This document shows positions 10,106-20,212 of a stretch of 64,000 bases of DNA, piece by piece; position 1 is the stretch's first letter, and each line of letters begins with the position of its first letter. The position numbers and the translations under genes were made by a program. The stretch comes from Acetobacteraceae bacterium (lineage in GTDB: Bacteria > Pseudomonadota > Alphaproteobacteria > Acetobacterales > Acetobacteraceae). The notes below the pieces were generated by a model. The model had not been told where the DNA came from. It saw only the letters and a list, made by a program, of their open reading frames with translations, and searched no databases. The stretch spans positions 2,203-66,202 of the forward strand of contig DATKQI010000279.1 in NCBI GenBank assembly GCA_035532755.1, read 5' to 3'.

Positions 10106-11590
10106 TTACCCCACCGATCCTTCGAGGCTCACGGCGAGCAGCTTCTGCGCCTCGACTGCGAATTCCATCGGCAATTCCTTCAATACGTCCTTGCAGAACC
10201 CGTTGACGATCATCCCCACGGCGTCCTCTTCCGAAAGGCCGCGGCAGCGGCAATAGAAAAGCTGATCCTCGGCGATCTTGGAGGTGGTGGCCTCGTGCTC
10301 CACCTTCGCCGTCGGATTGCGGCTTTCGATGTAGGGCACCGTGTGCGCCCCGCACCGGTCGCCGATCAGCAGGCTGTCGCACTGCGTGAAGTTCCGCGCG
10401 CCGGAAGCTTTCGGCAGGATGCGCACCAGCCCGCGATAGGTGTTGTTCGAATGCCCGGCGCTGATCCCCTTCGAGATGATGGTGCTCGTGGTGTTGCGCC
10501 CGATGTGGATCATCTTCGTGCCGGTGTCGGCCTGCTGATGGTTGTTCGTCACCGCCACCGAATAGAACTCGCCCACGCTGCCCTCGCCCTGGAGGATGCA
10601 GGAGGGATATTTCCAGGTGATCGCCGATCCGGTCTCCACCTGCGTCCAGCTGATCCGGCTGCGCACGCCGCGGCACGCGCCGCGCTTGGTCACGAAATTA
10701 TAGATGCCGCCGCGGCCCTGCGCATCGCCCGGGTACCAGTTCTGCACGGTGCTGTATTTGATGCGCGCCTCGTCCAGCGCCACCAGTTCCACCACCGCCG
10801 CATGCAACTGGTTCTCGTCGCGCATCGGCGCGGTGCAGCCCTCCAGATACGAAACGCTGGCGCCCTCTTCGGCGATGATCAGCGTCCGCTCGAACTGGCC
10901 GGTGTTGCGCGCGTTGATGCGGAAATAGGTGGACAGCTCCATCGGGCACTTCACCCCGCGCGGGATGAAGGCGAAGCTGCCGTCGGTGAACACCGCCGAA
11001 TTCAGCGCCGCGAAATAGTTGTCGCCGGCCGGCACCACGGAGCCGAGGTATTTGCGCACCAGATCGGGATGCTCCTGCACCGCCTCGCTGATCGGGCAGA
11101 AGATCACGCCCGCCTTGGCCAGGGTCGCGCGAAAGGTGGTGGCGACCGAAACGCTGTCGAACACCGCGTCCACCGCCACGTTGCTACCATTGCTCCCCGC
11201 ACCCTCCACGCCGGCAAGGATCGCCCGCTCCTTCAGCGGAATGCCGAGCTTTTCATACGTGCGCAGCAACTCCGGATCGACCTCGTCGAGGCTTGCCGGC
11301 CCCGCCTTGCGCTTCGGCGCGGCGTAGTAGTGCAAATCCTGGTAGTCGATCGGCGGATGGTCCACCCGCGCCCAGTGCGGCTCGGTCATCGTCTGCCATG
11401 CCGCATAAGCCTTCAGCCGCCACGCCAGCAACCACTCCGGCTCGTTCTTGCGCGCCGAGATCAGGCGGATGATGCCCTCGTTCAGCCCCTTGGGCGCGAG
11501 ATCCATCTCCACATCGGTCACGAACCCGAACTTGTAGCCGGACCCGGTGACGGAGCGGACGGTATCGAGCGTTTCGGCAACAGCTGGCAT
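10106..11590 (-). CDS. sufB: Fe-S cluster assembly scaffold SufB
   Basis: Highly conserved SufB sequence ([26 protein letters not shown]-type region). I chose the start at MPAVAETLD (ATG 11590). The 65-codon upstream extension in the track overlaps the regulator gene and is Arg/Gly/Pro-rich. Confidence 0.93.
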   Translation of the reverse strand: MPAVAETLDTVRSVTGSGYKFGFVTDVEMDLAPKGLNEGIIRLISARKNEPEWLLAWRLKAYAAWQTMTEPHWARVDHPPIDYQDLHYYAAPKRKAGPASLDEVDPELLRTYEKLGIPLKERAILAGVEGAGSNGSNVAVDAVFDSVSVATTFRATLAKAGVIFCPISEAVQEHPDLVRKYLGSVVPAGDNYFAALNSAVFTDGSFAFIPRGVKCPMELSTYFRINARNTGQFERTLIIAEEGASVSYLEGCTAPMRDENQLHAAVVELVALDEARIKYSTVQNWYPGDAQGRGGIYNFVTKRGACRGVRSRISWTQVETGSAITWKYPSCILQGEGSVGEFYSVAVTNNHQQADTGTKMIHIGRNTTSTIISKGISAGHSNNTYRGLVRILPKASGARNFTQCDSLLIGDRCGAHTVPYIESRNPTAKVEHEATTSKIAEDQLFYCRCRGLSEEDAVGMIVNGFCKDVLKELPMEFAVEAQKLLAVSLEGSVG

Positions 11591-11595
11591 GGTTT

Positions 11596-12078
11596 CTACT
11601 CGGACAGAGGAATGGATGCGGGCGCGGCAGACAGGTGGTGGGCCGCGTCGGCAGGCAGGCGGAACGCGCGCGGCACGGCTGCCTCCTGCATGTCGGCAAG
11701 CGTGATGGCCGCCAGCGCCGCGCGGATCGCCGCGTTCACCGGGTCCCACCGCCCGGCCATCGGGCACAGACCCTGGGATTCGCAATGTCCTTCGGCGCCG
11801 TCCACGCAGGCGGTGAGCGCGATGGGCCCGTCGATCGCGGCGATCACGTCGGAAACCGGAACGGCATGCAGCGGGCGCGTCAGCCGGTACCCGCCCCGCG
11901 CTCCGCGCGAGGAGGTAACCAGGCCACGGCAGGTCAGCGCTTTCAGCACCTTCGCCACCGTCGGTTCGGGAATGCCGATGGCCGCCGCAATGCCGGGCGA
12001 AGTCTGCACCCCATCGCCGCTCGACAGGCGCACAAGCACCACGACGGCATAATCGGTCAGCTTGGACAGCCTCAACAT
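11596..12078 (-). CDS. Rrf2 family transcriptional regulator (IscR/SufR-like), first gene of the suf operon
   Basis: Starts [18 protein letters not shown] with a winged HTH. A Cys cluster ([16 protein letters not shown]) is compatible with Fe-S sensing. Confidence 0.85.
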   Translation of the reverse strand: MLRLSKLTDYAVVVLVRLSSGDGVQTSPGIAAAIGIPEPTVAKVLKALTCRGLVTSSRGARGGYRLTRPLHAVPVSDVIAAIDGPIALTACVDGAEGHCESQGLCPMAGRWDPVNAAIRAALAAITLADMQEAAVPRAFRLPADAAHHLSAAPASIPLSE

Positions 12079-12145
12079 GGCGATATCCTCGGCACCTGGC
12101 CGGCGCGGGCGCCTCGCCCGCTCCTTCGGCATCCTGATGGAACTA

Positions 12146-12166
12146 ACCGGACAACCACGGTCCTGT
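12146..12166. promoter_or_regulatory. candidate operator: imperfect palindrome ACCGGAC-N7-GTCCTGT upstream of the Rrf2/suf operon
   Basis: Read directly. It lies about 70-90 bp upstream of the Rrf2 start codon in the divergent intergenic region. Confidence 0.2.
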
Positions 12167-12340
12167 TTACCGGAAGTGGCCTATAGAGCCGGCGGCGTCA
12201 AGGGGCAAGCGGTGAATACCGGCGCCGCGAAAGGGACACAACCCCGGGGGCGGAAACCCCCGGAAGGCGGGCAATCCGCGGGGGCTGACAACCCGTCTGG
12301 CACCCCCTAACGTCTGCCGGCGCGGAAACGGAGGTCGCAT

Positions 12341-13261
12341 ATGCCGCAACACCCGATGCTTGCGGGAAAAGTCGCCGTCGTCACCGGCGCGGGCAGCGGC
12401 ATCGGCCGCGCGGTCGCGGTCGCGATGGCCGAAGCCGGGGCGAAGGTGCTGATCAACGACATCGGCGTGTCATTGGCCGGGGAGGGCGGATCGGCGAGCC
12501 CGGCCGAGCAGACGCGGCAGATCATCGTCCAGCAGGGCGGGGAAGCCGCGATCAGCACCGAATCCGTGGCGGAATGGCCCTCCGCGCAGCGCATCGTAGC
12601 CGACGCGCTGGATCATTTCGGCCGCATCGACATCGTGGTGAACAACGCCGGCATCCTGCGGGACGCCATTTTCCACCGGATGCGCCCGGAGGACTGGCTT
12701 GCCGTCATCAATGTCCATCTCAACGGCAGCTTCTTCGTCAGCCGCGCCGCGGCGGAGCATTTTCGCGCCCAGGGCTCCGGCGCCTTCGTGCACATGACCA
12801 GCACCTCCGGCCTCATCGGCAATATCGGCCAGGCGAACTATGCCGCGGCCAAGCTCGGCATCACCGCGCTTTCCAAGTCGATCGCGCTCGATATGAAGCG
12901 CTTCGGCGTCCGCTCCAACTGCATCGCCCCCTTTGCCTGGAGCCGGATGACCAGCTCCATTCCGGCCGAAACGCCGGAACAGCAGGTGCGGGTGGCGAAG
13001 CTGCAGCAGATGACGCCGGACAAGAACGCCCCGCTCGCGGTGTTCCTCGCCTCGGACGCCGCGGCCGCCTTCACCGGCCAGATCTTCGCCACCCGCCACA
13101 ACGAGATCTTCCTGATCGGCCAGAACCGCCCCCTGCGGGGCATTCATCGCGCCGAGGGCTGGACACCCGATACCATCGCCACCCACGCCGCCCCCGCCCT
13201 GCAGCCGGACCTCGTGCCGCTCGCCGTCAGCGCCGATGTCTTCGGCTGGGACCCCGTCTGA
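12341..13261 (+). CDS. SDR family oxidoreductase
   Basis: TGAGSGIGRA cofactor motif, NNAG, and YAAAK catalytic motif. Confidence 0.85.
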   Translation: MPQHPMLAGKVAVVTGAGSGIGRAVAVAMAEAGAKVLINDIGVSLAGEGGSASPAEQTRQIIVQQGGEAAISTESVAEWPSAQRIVADALDHFGRIDIVVNNAGILRDAIFHRMRPEDWLAVINVHLNGSFFVSRAAAEHFRAQGSGAFVHMTSTSGLIGNIGQANYAAAKLGITALSKSIALDMKRFGVRSNCIAPFAWSRMTSSIPAETPEQQVRVAKLQQMTPDKNAPLAVFLASDAAAAFTGQIFATRHNEIFLIGQNRPLRGIHRAEGWTPDTIATHAAPALQPDLVPLAVSADVFGWDPV

Positions 13262-13278
13262 CCGTCAAGGAACCTCCC

Positions 13279-14142
13279 ATGAGCCGCATCGCCTACGTGA
13301 ACGGCCGCTACCTGCCGCAGCGCCATGCCTGCGTGAACATCGAGGATCGCGGCTACCAGTTCGGGGATGGCATCTACGAGGTGGTGCATCTCTACAATGG
13401 CCGCTTCATCGACGCGGACCTGCACCTCGCCCGGCTGGAGCGCAGCCTGCGGGAGATCCGCCTGCCCGCGCCGATGGGCCGCGCGGCGCTGATCCAGGTG
13501 CTGCACGAGGTGGCGCGGCGCAACCGCATCACCGAGGGGCTGCTGTACATGCAGATCACCCGTGGGGTCGCCCGCCGCGACCATGCCTTCCCCGATGCGG
13601 CCATCCCGCCGGCCCTGGTCGTCACCATCCGCCGCATCCCGCCCTATCCGGCCACCATTGACCGCTGGACGGCCGCGGTGATCACCCGGCCGGACGAACG
13701 CTGGGCGCGCTGCGACATCAAGAGCGTCAACCTGCTGCCCAACGTGCTGGCCCGGCAGGCGGCGCGCGAGCAGGGCGCGCAGGAGGCGGTGCTGGTCGAT
13801 GTGCAGGGAATGGTGACCGAGGGGGCCGCGACCAGCTTCTGGATCGTCGATGCCGCCGGCGTTCTGCGCGTGCGCCACCTTGATGCGCATATCCTGCCCG
13901 GCTGCACGCGGGCGGCCCTGCTCGGCCTGCTGGGCGACACGCCGTTCGAGGAACGCGCGTTCAGCGTGGCGGACATGCGTGCCGCGCGAGAGGCGTTCAT
14001 GACCAGCGCGACAAGCTTCGTGAAGCCGATCACCCGTATCGACGGCGCGGCCGTCGCCGACGGGCAGGTCGGCCCGGTCGCCCGCCGGCTGTTCGAAGCG
14101 TTTGCGCGACATGTGAAAGGCGACCTGCGGAACGCTGCCTGA
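13279..14142 (+). CDS. dat: D-amino-acid (D-alanine) aminotransferase, class IV PLP enzyme
   Basis: Reads MSRIAYVNGRYLP...EDRGYQFGDGIYEV...CDIKSVNLLPNVLA. The track ORF 12574-14142 is an upstream frame extension across the SDR gene. Confidence 0.85.
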   Translation: MSRIAYVNGRYLPQRHACVNIEDRGYQFGDGIYEVVHLYNGRFIDADLHLARLERSLREIRLPAPMGRAALIQVLHEVARRNRITEGLLYMQITRGVARRDHAFPDAAIPPALVVTIRRIPPYPATIDRWTAAVITRPDERWARCDIKSVNLLPNVLARQAAREQGAQEAVLVDVQGMVTEGAATSFWIVDAAGVLRVRHLDAHILPGCTRAALLGLLGDTPFEERAFSVADMRAAREAFMTSATSFVKPITRIDGAAVADGQVGPVARRLFEAFARHVKGDLRNAA

Positions 14143-14307
14143 CCTGCCGATTTATCCACACGTAGCGGGCGCGCCGTTTGCCATTTTGCGCCGGGTGCGC
14201 CGGCTGCTACTCTGGTAAAGCGGCCGGCTGCATGGTGCAGACGCTCGCCCACCGCGCACAAGAACGCAAACAGTAACGACCCAACAAGAAGAAGAAGGAC
14301 TTTTCCC

Positions 14308-14592
14308 GTGGCCACCGAAAAATCGCAAAATGTTCAGGACGTGTTCCTGAACCATGTGCGAAAGAACAAAACGCCCGTGACCGTATTCCTCGTCAACGGT
14401 GTGAAGTTGCAGGGCATCATCACCTGGTTCGACAACTTCTCCGTCCTGCTGCGCCGTGACGGGCATACGCAACTTGTCTACAAGCATGCCATCAGTACGG
14501 TCATGCCTGGCGCGCCGATCCAGTTGTTCGACGCGACGAAGGTGGAGGGCGCCGCCCGCGATCCTGCCGCCCCGGCCGCCAGTGAGCAGTGA
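14308..14592 (+). CDS. hfq: RNA chaperone Hfq
   Basis: Sm motifs [39 protein letters not shown] and [11 protein letters not shown] start. Confidence 0.95.
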   Translation: MATEKSQNVQDVFLNHVRKNKTPVTVFLVNGVKLQGIITWFDNFSVLLRRDGHTQLVYKHAISTVMPGAPIQLFDATKVEGAARDPAAPAASEQ

Positions 14593-15871
14593 GCCTGCCC
14601 AGCCGCCGCCCGCGAGGGCGGCGGTCATTCTGCCCTGGAGCCGGGCGGACCGCGCCGAGGCCTCCCGCGCCGCCGAGGCGCGGCTGGCCGAGGCCGTGGG
14701 CCTCGCGGCATCGATCGGCCTTGTGCTCGTCCACACCGTCATCCTGCCGCTGCGCGCCCGCCGCCCGGCCACCCTGCTCGGCGAGGGGCAGGTGGAAGGG
14801 CTGCGCCTGGCGATCGATGAACAGCAGGTCGATGTCGCGATCGTGGATGCCGCGCTCAGCCCGGTGCAGCAGCGCAACCTGGAGCGCGCCTGGGGCTGCA
14901 AGGTGATCGACCGCACGGGGCTGATCCTCGATATCTTCGGCGCCCGCGCCCGCACGCGGGAAGGGACGCTGCAGGTGGAACTCGCGCATCTGGAATATCA
15001 GCGCTCGCGCCTCGTGCGGTCCTGGACCCATCTGGAGCGCCAGCGCGGCGGCTTCGGCTTCCTGGGCGGCCCCGGCGAAACCCAGATCGAGGCGGACCGG
15101 CGGCTGATCGGCACGCGCATCGTGCGGCTGAAACAGGATCTGGAGCAGGTTCGCCGCACCCGCGGCCTGCATCGTGCGGCACGCCGGCGTGTACCCTATC
15201 CGGTGGTCGCGCTGGTCGGTTACACCAATGCCGGCAAATCCACCCTGTTCAATGCGATGACCGGTGCTGTGGCGTTCGCGCAGGACCAGCTTTTCGCCAC
15301 GCTCGACCCCACGATGCGCGGCCTCGACCTGCCTTCCGGGCGCACGGCCATCCTGTCGGACACGGTGGGGTTCATCAGCGAACTGCCGACCGAGCTGGTC
15401 GCGGCCTTCCGCGCCACCCTGGAAGAGGTGGCGGAGGCGGATGTGATCCTGCATGTGCGCGATGCCGCCCACCCGGATACCGCTGCCCAGAAGATGGATG
15501 TGACGGCGGTGCTGGACGGCATGGCGAAGGAGGGCACGCTCGATCCCGCCTGGACGGCGCGCACCGTGGAGGTGCTGAACAAGGCCGACCTGCTGGGCGG
15601 CGTGGCGCAGGTTCACGATACCGGCAATGAGGCCATCGCCGTCTCGGCGCTGAGCGGCGAAGGGCTGCCGGCCCTGAAATCCATGATCGATACCCGCATC
15701 GCCGAGGGCATGCAGGTGGCCGCCTACGCGTTGCCACCCTCCGACGGCGCCCGTCTCGCCTGGCTCTATCGCCACGGCGAGGTGATCGAGCGGCAGGATA
15801 CCGAGCAGTCCATCCAGCTCACCGTCCGCCTGCTGCCCGCCGACCGCGCCCGGTTCGAGCGCAAGGCGTGA
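14582..15871 (+). CDS. hflX: GTPase HflX
   Basis: G motifs GYTNAGKST and DTVGF, plus the HflX N-domain [12 protein letters not shown]. The GTG start at 14582 overlaps the end of hfq. The position after hfq is canonical. Confidence 0.9.
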   Translation: MSSEPAQPPPARAAVILPWSRADRAEASRAAEARLAEAVGLAASIGLVLVHTVILPLRARRPATLLGEGQVEGLRLAIDEQQVDVAIVDAALSPVQQRNLERAWGCKVIDRTGLILDIFGARARTREGTLQVELAHLEYQRSRLVRSWTHLERQRGGFGFLGGPGETQIEADRRLIGTRIVRLKQDLEQVRRTRGLHRAARRRVPYPVVALVGYTNAGKSTLFNAMTGAVAFAQDQLFATLDPTMRGLDLPSGRTAILSDTVGFISELPTELVAAFRATLEEVAEADVILHVRDAAHPDTAAQKMDVTAVLDGMAKEGTLDPAWTARTVEVLNKADLLGGVAQVHDTGNEAIAVSALSGEGLPALKSMIDTRIAEGMQVAAYALPPSDGARLAWLYRHGEVIERQDTEQSIQLTVRLLPADRARFERKA

Positions 15872-16692
15872 GCTTCACGCCGGCCGATCTGCAACGGGTG
15901 GCCACTTTGCTGCGTGACGCGGCGCGGGCCGAGGTCATGCCGCGGTTCCGCAACCTCGCCCCCGGCATGGTGCGGACGAAATCCGGCCCGCTCGATCTGG
16001 TGACGGATGCCGACGAGGCGGCCGAACGGATGATCGCCGCCGGCCTGCGCGCGGCCTTCCCCGGTTGTGTGGTGGTGGGCGAGGAAGCCGCTTCCGCAGA
16101 TCCGTCGCTGCTCGGCGGGCTCGCCGAAGCCGATCTCGCCTTCGTCGTCGATCCGGTGGATGGCACGGCGAACTTTGCCGCCGGCCTGCCGCTGTTCGGC
16201 GTGATGGCGGCGGCGATCCGCCGTGGAACGGTGGTCGCGGCCGCGATCCACGATCCGATCGCCGACGACACCGCTTTGGCACTGCTGGATGGCGGCGCCT
16301 GGATCGAGCGTCCGGACGGCACCCGCGCCGATCTGCGCGTCGCTACCCCGGTGCCGGTGGCACAGATGGCAGGCATGGTCTCGTGGCGCTACATGCCCGA
16401 ACCGATGAAATCCCGCGTCTGCGCCCGCTTGCCACGCCTGGCCGCTGTGTTCGATCTTCGCTGCGCGGCCCACCAATACCGCCTTGCCGCGGCGGGCGGT
16501 GCGCATCTGCTGCTCTTCAACCGCCTGCTGCCGTGGGACCATGCCCCCGGCTGGCTGCTGCACAAGGAAGCCGGTGGCTATTCCGCCCGACTCGACGGCA
16601 GCGCCTACAGCCCCGCGATCATCACCGGCGGGCTGCTCTGCGCGCCCGATCGGGCAAGCTGGGATGCACTGCACGCCGCGCTGCTGACATGA
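15868..16692 (+). CDS. inositol monophosphatase family protein
   Basis: GEEA and VDPVDGTANF motifs. There is a GTGA overlap with the hflX stop. Confidence 0.8.
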   Translation: MSFTPADLQRVATLLRDAARAEVMPRFRNLAPGMVRTKSGPLDLVTDADEAAERMIAAGLRAAFPGCVVVGEEAASADPSLLGGLAEADLAFVVDPVDGTANFAAGLPLFGVMAAAIRRGTVVAAAIHDPIADDTALALLDGGAWIERPDGTRADLRVATPVPVAQMAGMVSWRYMPEPMKSRVCARLPRLAAVFDLRCAAHQYRLAAAGGAHLLLFNRLLPWDHAPGWLLHKEAGGYSARLDGSAYSPAIITGGLLCAPDRASWDALHAALLT

Positions 16693-16778
16693 TACAGAAT
16701 TTTTGAGATATAGAAATTTTTGTAATATCCCGATTGGGGTAGCCATCCGTTCATACCTGTCGGCCGATATTGCGAGGC

Positions 16779-17564
16779 ATGGACGCCAATGCGCTGCCAC
16801 GCGCCATCGCCTTGCAATACGACAAAGGTGAAGTGGTCTATCCGGCTGGCCGCGCGCCCATGCTGCGCGAATACAGCTTCAACGGGCTCGGGCTGCGAAC
16901 CTTCGGCAAGACTGCCGATTTCATCGGCGATCCGCGGTTCGAGCGGGCCTATGCCCGGGGGTGGAACAGCGGCCACAAGAAGGCCCAGGGGATGGACGAT
17001 GCCCGCTGGGCCGTGCACGTCGCGCTATGGGCCGCCACCCAGGCGGCGCGGCTGCCGGGTGATTTCGTCGAATGCGGCGTTGATACCGGCATGCTGTCGC
17101 TCGCCATCTGTGAATGGCTTGATTTCAATGCGTTAGATAGGGATTTCTGGCTGTTCGATACCTTCCGCGGCATCCCGGAAGCACAGATGAGCCCCGCGGA
17201 GCACGCGGGAATCGGCGGCTGGCACAACGCGCATTCCTACGAGGAGTGTTTCGACCGGGCGGCGGCGAACTTCTCGCCCTGGCCGCGCTGCCGGCTGGTG
17301 CGCGGGGAGGTGCCGGGCACGCTTGCCGGCTTCCCGGCCGAGCGGCGGGTGGCCTATCTGTCGATCGACATGAACATCGTGCTGCCCGAAATCGCCGCGC
17401 TGGAGTTCTTCTGGCCTTTTCTGGTGCCGGGCGCGGTGGTGCTGCTGGACGATTATGGATGGGCGACCCACCGCGACCAGAAGGCCGCGTTCGACGCTTT
17501 CGCGGCCGAACACCGTGTGCCGATCCTGGCCGTGCCGACCGGGCAGGGCATCCTCATCCGCTGA
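16779..17564 (+). CDS. class I SAM-dependent O-methyltransferase, TylF/MycF family
   Basis: Family-typical GDFVECGVDTG and LLDDYGW motifs. The start is uncertain (TTG 16770 or ATG 16779). Confidence 0.7.
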   Translation: MDANALPRAIALQYDKGEVVYPAGRAPMLREYSFNGLGLRTFGKTADFIGDPRFERAYARGWNSGHKKAQGMDDARWAVHVALWAATQAARLPGDFVECGVDTGMLSLAICEWLDFNALDRDFWLFDTFRGIPEAQMSPAEHAGIGGWHNAHSYEECFDRAAANFSPWPRCRLVRGEVPGTLAGFPAERRVAYLSIDMNIVLPEIAALEFFWPFLVPGAVVLLDDYGWATHRDQKAAFDAFAAEHRVPILAVPTGQGILIR

Positions 17565-18786
17565 GCGTTTCGGCCAGCGCCTTTTCCGGTTGGCCCGGCT
17601 GACGGGGCTGGGTGACCTGGGCGAGGATGCGCGGATGGCCCAGGAAACCGTCCATCGCCAGCGCAACCCCGCCCATCGGCACCGAATCATTACCCAGCGG
17701 CGAGACCAGGATGCCGGCCCCCGCCTGCATAACCGCCAGCGCATTAACGGCCATGACGGCATGCGCGGCCGGCAGCATGTGCTCGGCAAGTGCGGCAAGA
17801 TTGCCGCCGAGCACGATGCGGCCGGGATTGAAGATGTTGATGAGGTTGCCCAAGGCGAAGCCCAGATGCTCCCCGGCCTCGGCCAGTACCGCCAACACCA
17901 CCGGGTCTCCTATTGCCGCGGCGCGGGCGATGACCTCGGCATCGGCCAGGGTGCGGCCCTTTTCCGCCAGGCGCAGGCGGATCGCCGGTTCGGAGACGTA
18001 GGCCTCGAAACAGCCTCGCCCGCCGCAGCCGCACGGTCGGCCGCCGGGGACGATCTTCATGTGGCCGATCTCTCCGGCAAGACCGCCGGCGCCACGGTAG
18101 AGATTGCCCATCAGATAAACGCCGCCGCCGATGCCCGAATGGCCGTGGATGAAAATGAAATCCTGCACGCCCCGACAGTCGCCGAACAGATGCTCGGCCA
18201 GGGCGGCGGCCTTGGTATCGTTGTCCACATGGACCGGCACGGGGAACCGGTCGCTCAGCATCCCGGCGACGGGCACGTTGCGCCAGCCCAGGTTGGGGGC
18301 CAGCAGGACCTGGCCGGCAGTGTCGATCAACCCCGGCACGCCCACCCCTATGCCGCTGAGCGACTCGTAGTCCACGCCACAATCGGCCAGCAGCCGATCG
18401 ACGCCGGCCCGCAAGGCGGCCAGCGCGGCATCGACGGACTGGGTGCCGGCCACATTCAGCCGTGCCCGCACCTGGCCATCGAGGCCCGTGGCCACCAGGC
18501 GGATCACATCCGGCTCGATCCCCGCACCGATCAGCCATCCGCCATCGGGGGCGAGGCGCAACGCGGCTTCCGGCCGCCCGGCCCGGCCGGAACGACGGAC
18601 CGATCCGCGCTGGACGATGCCGCCGGCTTCAAGCTGGGTCGCGATGATCGACACCGTCGCCGCATCGATGCCGGTGAGGGCCGCCAGCCGGCGCTGGGAA
18701 ATATCCGGGTTCTCCCGCAGCGCGTGGAACAGACGCGCGGTATTGATCTTGCGGATCAGTGCCGAATTGACACGCGCTACACTCAT
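17554..18786 (-). CDS. ROK family transcriptional regulator (NagC/XylR type)
   Basis: N-terminal HTH (NTARLFHALRENPDISQRRLAALTGIDAATVS) plus a ROK sugar-kinase-like domain with a CGCGGRGC zinc motif. I chose the start at MSVARVNS (18786). Confidence 0.85.
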   Translation of the reverse strand: MSVARVNSALIRKINTARLFHALRENPDISQRRLAALTGIDAATVSIIATQLEAGGIVQRGSVRRSGRAGRPEAALRLAPDGGWLIGAGIEPDVIRLVATGLDGQVRARLNVAGTQSVDAALAALRAGVDRLLADCGVDYESLSGIGVGVPGLIDTAGQVLLAPNLGWRNVPVAGMLSDRFPVPVHVDNDTKAAALAEHLFGDCRGVQDFIFIHGHSGIGGGVYLMGNLYRGAGGLAGEIGHMKIVPGGRPCGCGGRGCFEAYVSEPAIRLRLAEKGRTLADAEVIARAAAIGDPVVLAVLAEAGEHLGFALGNLINIFNPGRIVLGGNLAALAEHMLPAAHAVMAVNALAVMQAGAGILVSPLGNDSVPMGGVALAMDGFLGHPRILAQVTQPRQPGQPEKALAETLSG

Positions 18787-18886
18787 GCCACCATCCCCGG
18801 ACCTGGGTGCGAACCTTGGCCCGAACCCTCGCTTGAAGCCCAATTTGCCGTGCCTTGACGCCACTGGCGGGCGCTGCTTATTGTCT

Positions 18887-18967
18887 GACGAATTCGTCGG
18901 AGTTCGACGTTAAAAAAAATAAGCACAAACAATCAGCTTTGCGAAGCCCATGTGCTTTGCGCGAAGC
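18887..18967. promoter_or_regulatory. candidate operators in the ROK/ABC divergent region: 12-bp palindrome GACGAATTCGTC and two tandem GCTT-N4/6-AAGC palindromes
   Basis: Palindromes read at 18887-18898, 18936-18947 and 18954-18967. Confidence 0.25.
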
Positions 18968-19097
18968 CGATTGCACCTTGGGAGGATCGACGCGCTTCAT
19001 ACGATCGCGGTCGATCGGCGGATCAACGGGACAGGCGTTCCGGCATCCGCCATGCAAGCTCCGGCATTTCGATCTGATATTGCAACGGAGGGAGCCA

Positions 19098-20204
19098 ATG
19101 AGCAACGAATCGAAGGAAGCCGGGCCCAAGAACGAACTGGTGGCGGCGATCGAAAGCCGGCTGCGCCGGCGTGGAGTCCTCGGCGGGGCGGCGCTGGGTG
19201 CGGCGGCCACGATGCTGGGCGGGGCGGTGACGCAGGCGCATGCGGCGACCGGCGGGCCGTTCCCGAGCCATCCGAAATGGAAGTTCGTGTTCGTCAACCA
19301 CGTGACAAGCAATCCGTTCTTCGTGCCGACGGTGTACGGCATCCAGGACGCCTGCGCCGTGCTCGGCTGCTCCTATCAGTGGACGGGCTCGGAAATCAGC
19401 GACGTCGCGCAGATGGTGAATTCGATGAATGCCGCCATCGCCGGCAAGGCCGATGCGATCGGCGTCGCGATCGTCGATCCGAAAGGCTTCGACGCACCAA
19501 CCGCACGGGCGATGGATGCCGGCATCCCGGTGTTCAGCTACAACGCCGATGCCCCGGCCGGCAGCCCCAACAAGCGTCTCGCCTATATCGGCCAGGACCT
19601 GTTCAACTCCGGCTACCAGATGGGCATGCGCATCGTGAAGCTGGTGGGCGAGGGGCCGGTGGTGCTGTTCATCGCCACGCCGGGCCAGCTCAACATCCAG
19701 CCGCGCATCGACGGCGCGGTGGCCGCGCTGAAGAAATACGGCCCGAAGATCAAGTACGACGTGGTGGCGACCGACCCGACGGTGAACGTCTCGCTTTCGA
19801 AAATCCAGGCTTATTACCTCGGCCACCAGAAGGTGAAGGGCATGTTCGCCGTCGATGGCGGCAGCAGCCAGGGCGTGGCCCAGGTGATGCAGCAGTACGG
19901 CCTGGCGAAGAAGGGCGTGCATGGCGGCGGCTTCGACCTGCTGCCGAAGACCCTGCAACTGATCAACGCGGGCATCATGGGCTTCGCCATCGACCAGCAG
20001 CCCTATCTGCAAGGGTTCTACACGGTGATGGAAATGTTCATGTTCAAGGCGTCCGGCGGCCTGGTCGGCCCGGCCAACGTGAACACCGGCCTGAAATTCG
20101 TGGTGAAGGGCAGCGTCAAGCCGTACCTGACCACGCATTCACGCTACGAAGGCACGGCGTCGGCGCAGATGATCGTGCCGCACACCGGCCCGATCGCCGG
20201 CTGA
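19098..20204 (+). CDS. sugar ABC transporter substrate-binding protein (Tat-type signal peptide)
   Basis: SRLRRRGVLGGAALGAAATMLGGAVTQAHA signal, then a periplasmic-binding-protein type I fold. The ATG at 19098 is preceded by GGAGGGAG. Confidence 0.85.
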   Translation: MSNESKEAGPKNELVAAIESRLRRRGVLGGAALGAAATMLGGAVTQAHAATGGPFPSHPKWKFVFVNHVTSNPFFVPTVYGIQDACAVLGCSYQWTGSEISDVAQMVNSMNAAIAGKADAIGVAIVDPKGFDAPTARAMDAGIPVFSYNADAPAGSPNKRLAYIGQDLFNSGYQMGMRIVKLVGEGPVVLFIATPGQLNIQPRIDGAVAALKKYGPKIKYDVVATDPTVNVSLSKIQAYYLGHQKVKGMFAVDGGSSQGVAQVMQQYGLAKKGVHGGGFDLLPKTLQLINAGIMGFAIDQQPYLQGFYTVMEMFMFKASGGLVGPANVNTGLKFVVKGSVKPYLTTHSRYEGTASAQMIVPHTGPIAG

Positions 20205-20212
20205 GCGCGGGG

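Noticed and set aside
12180-12340. GC-rich, hairpin-rich stretch upstream of the SDR/dat genes that looked riboswitch-like (GGTGAATACCGG, CCGGGGG-CGGAAA-CCCCCGG, GGAAGGCGGGC).
   Set aside because: I compared it by eye on both strands with the cobalamin, TPP, ZTP and glycine riboswitch consensus elements. The conserved boxes are not present in the right order. A covariance-model scan would be needed to settle it, so it is not reported as a feature.
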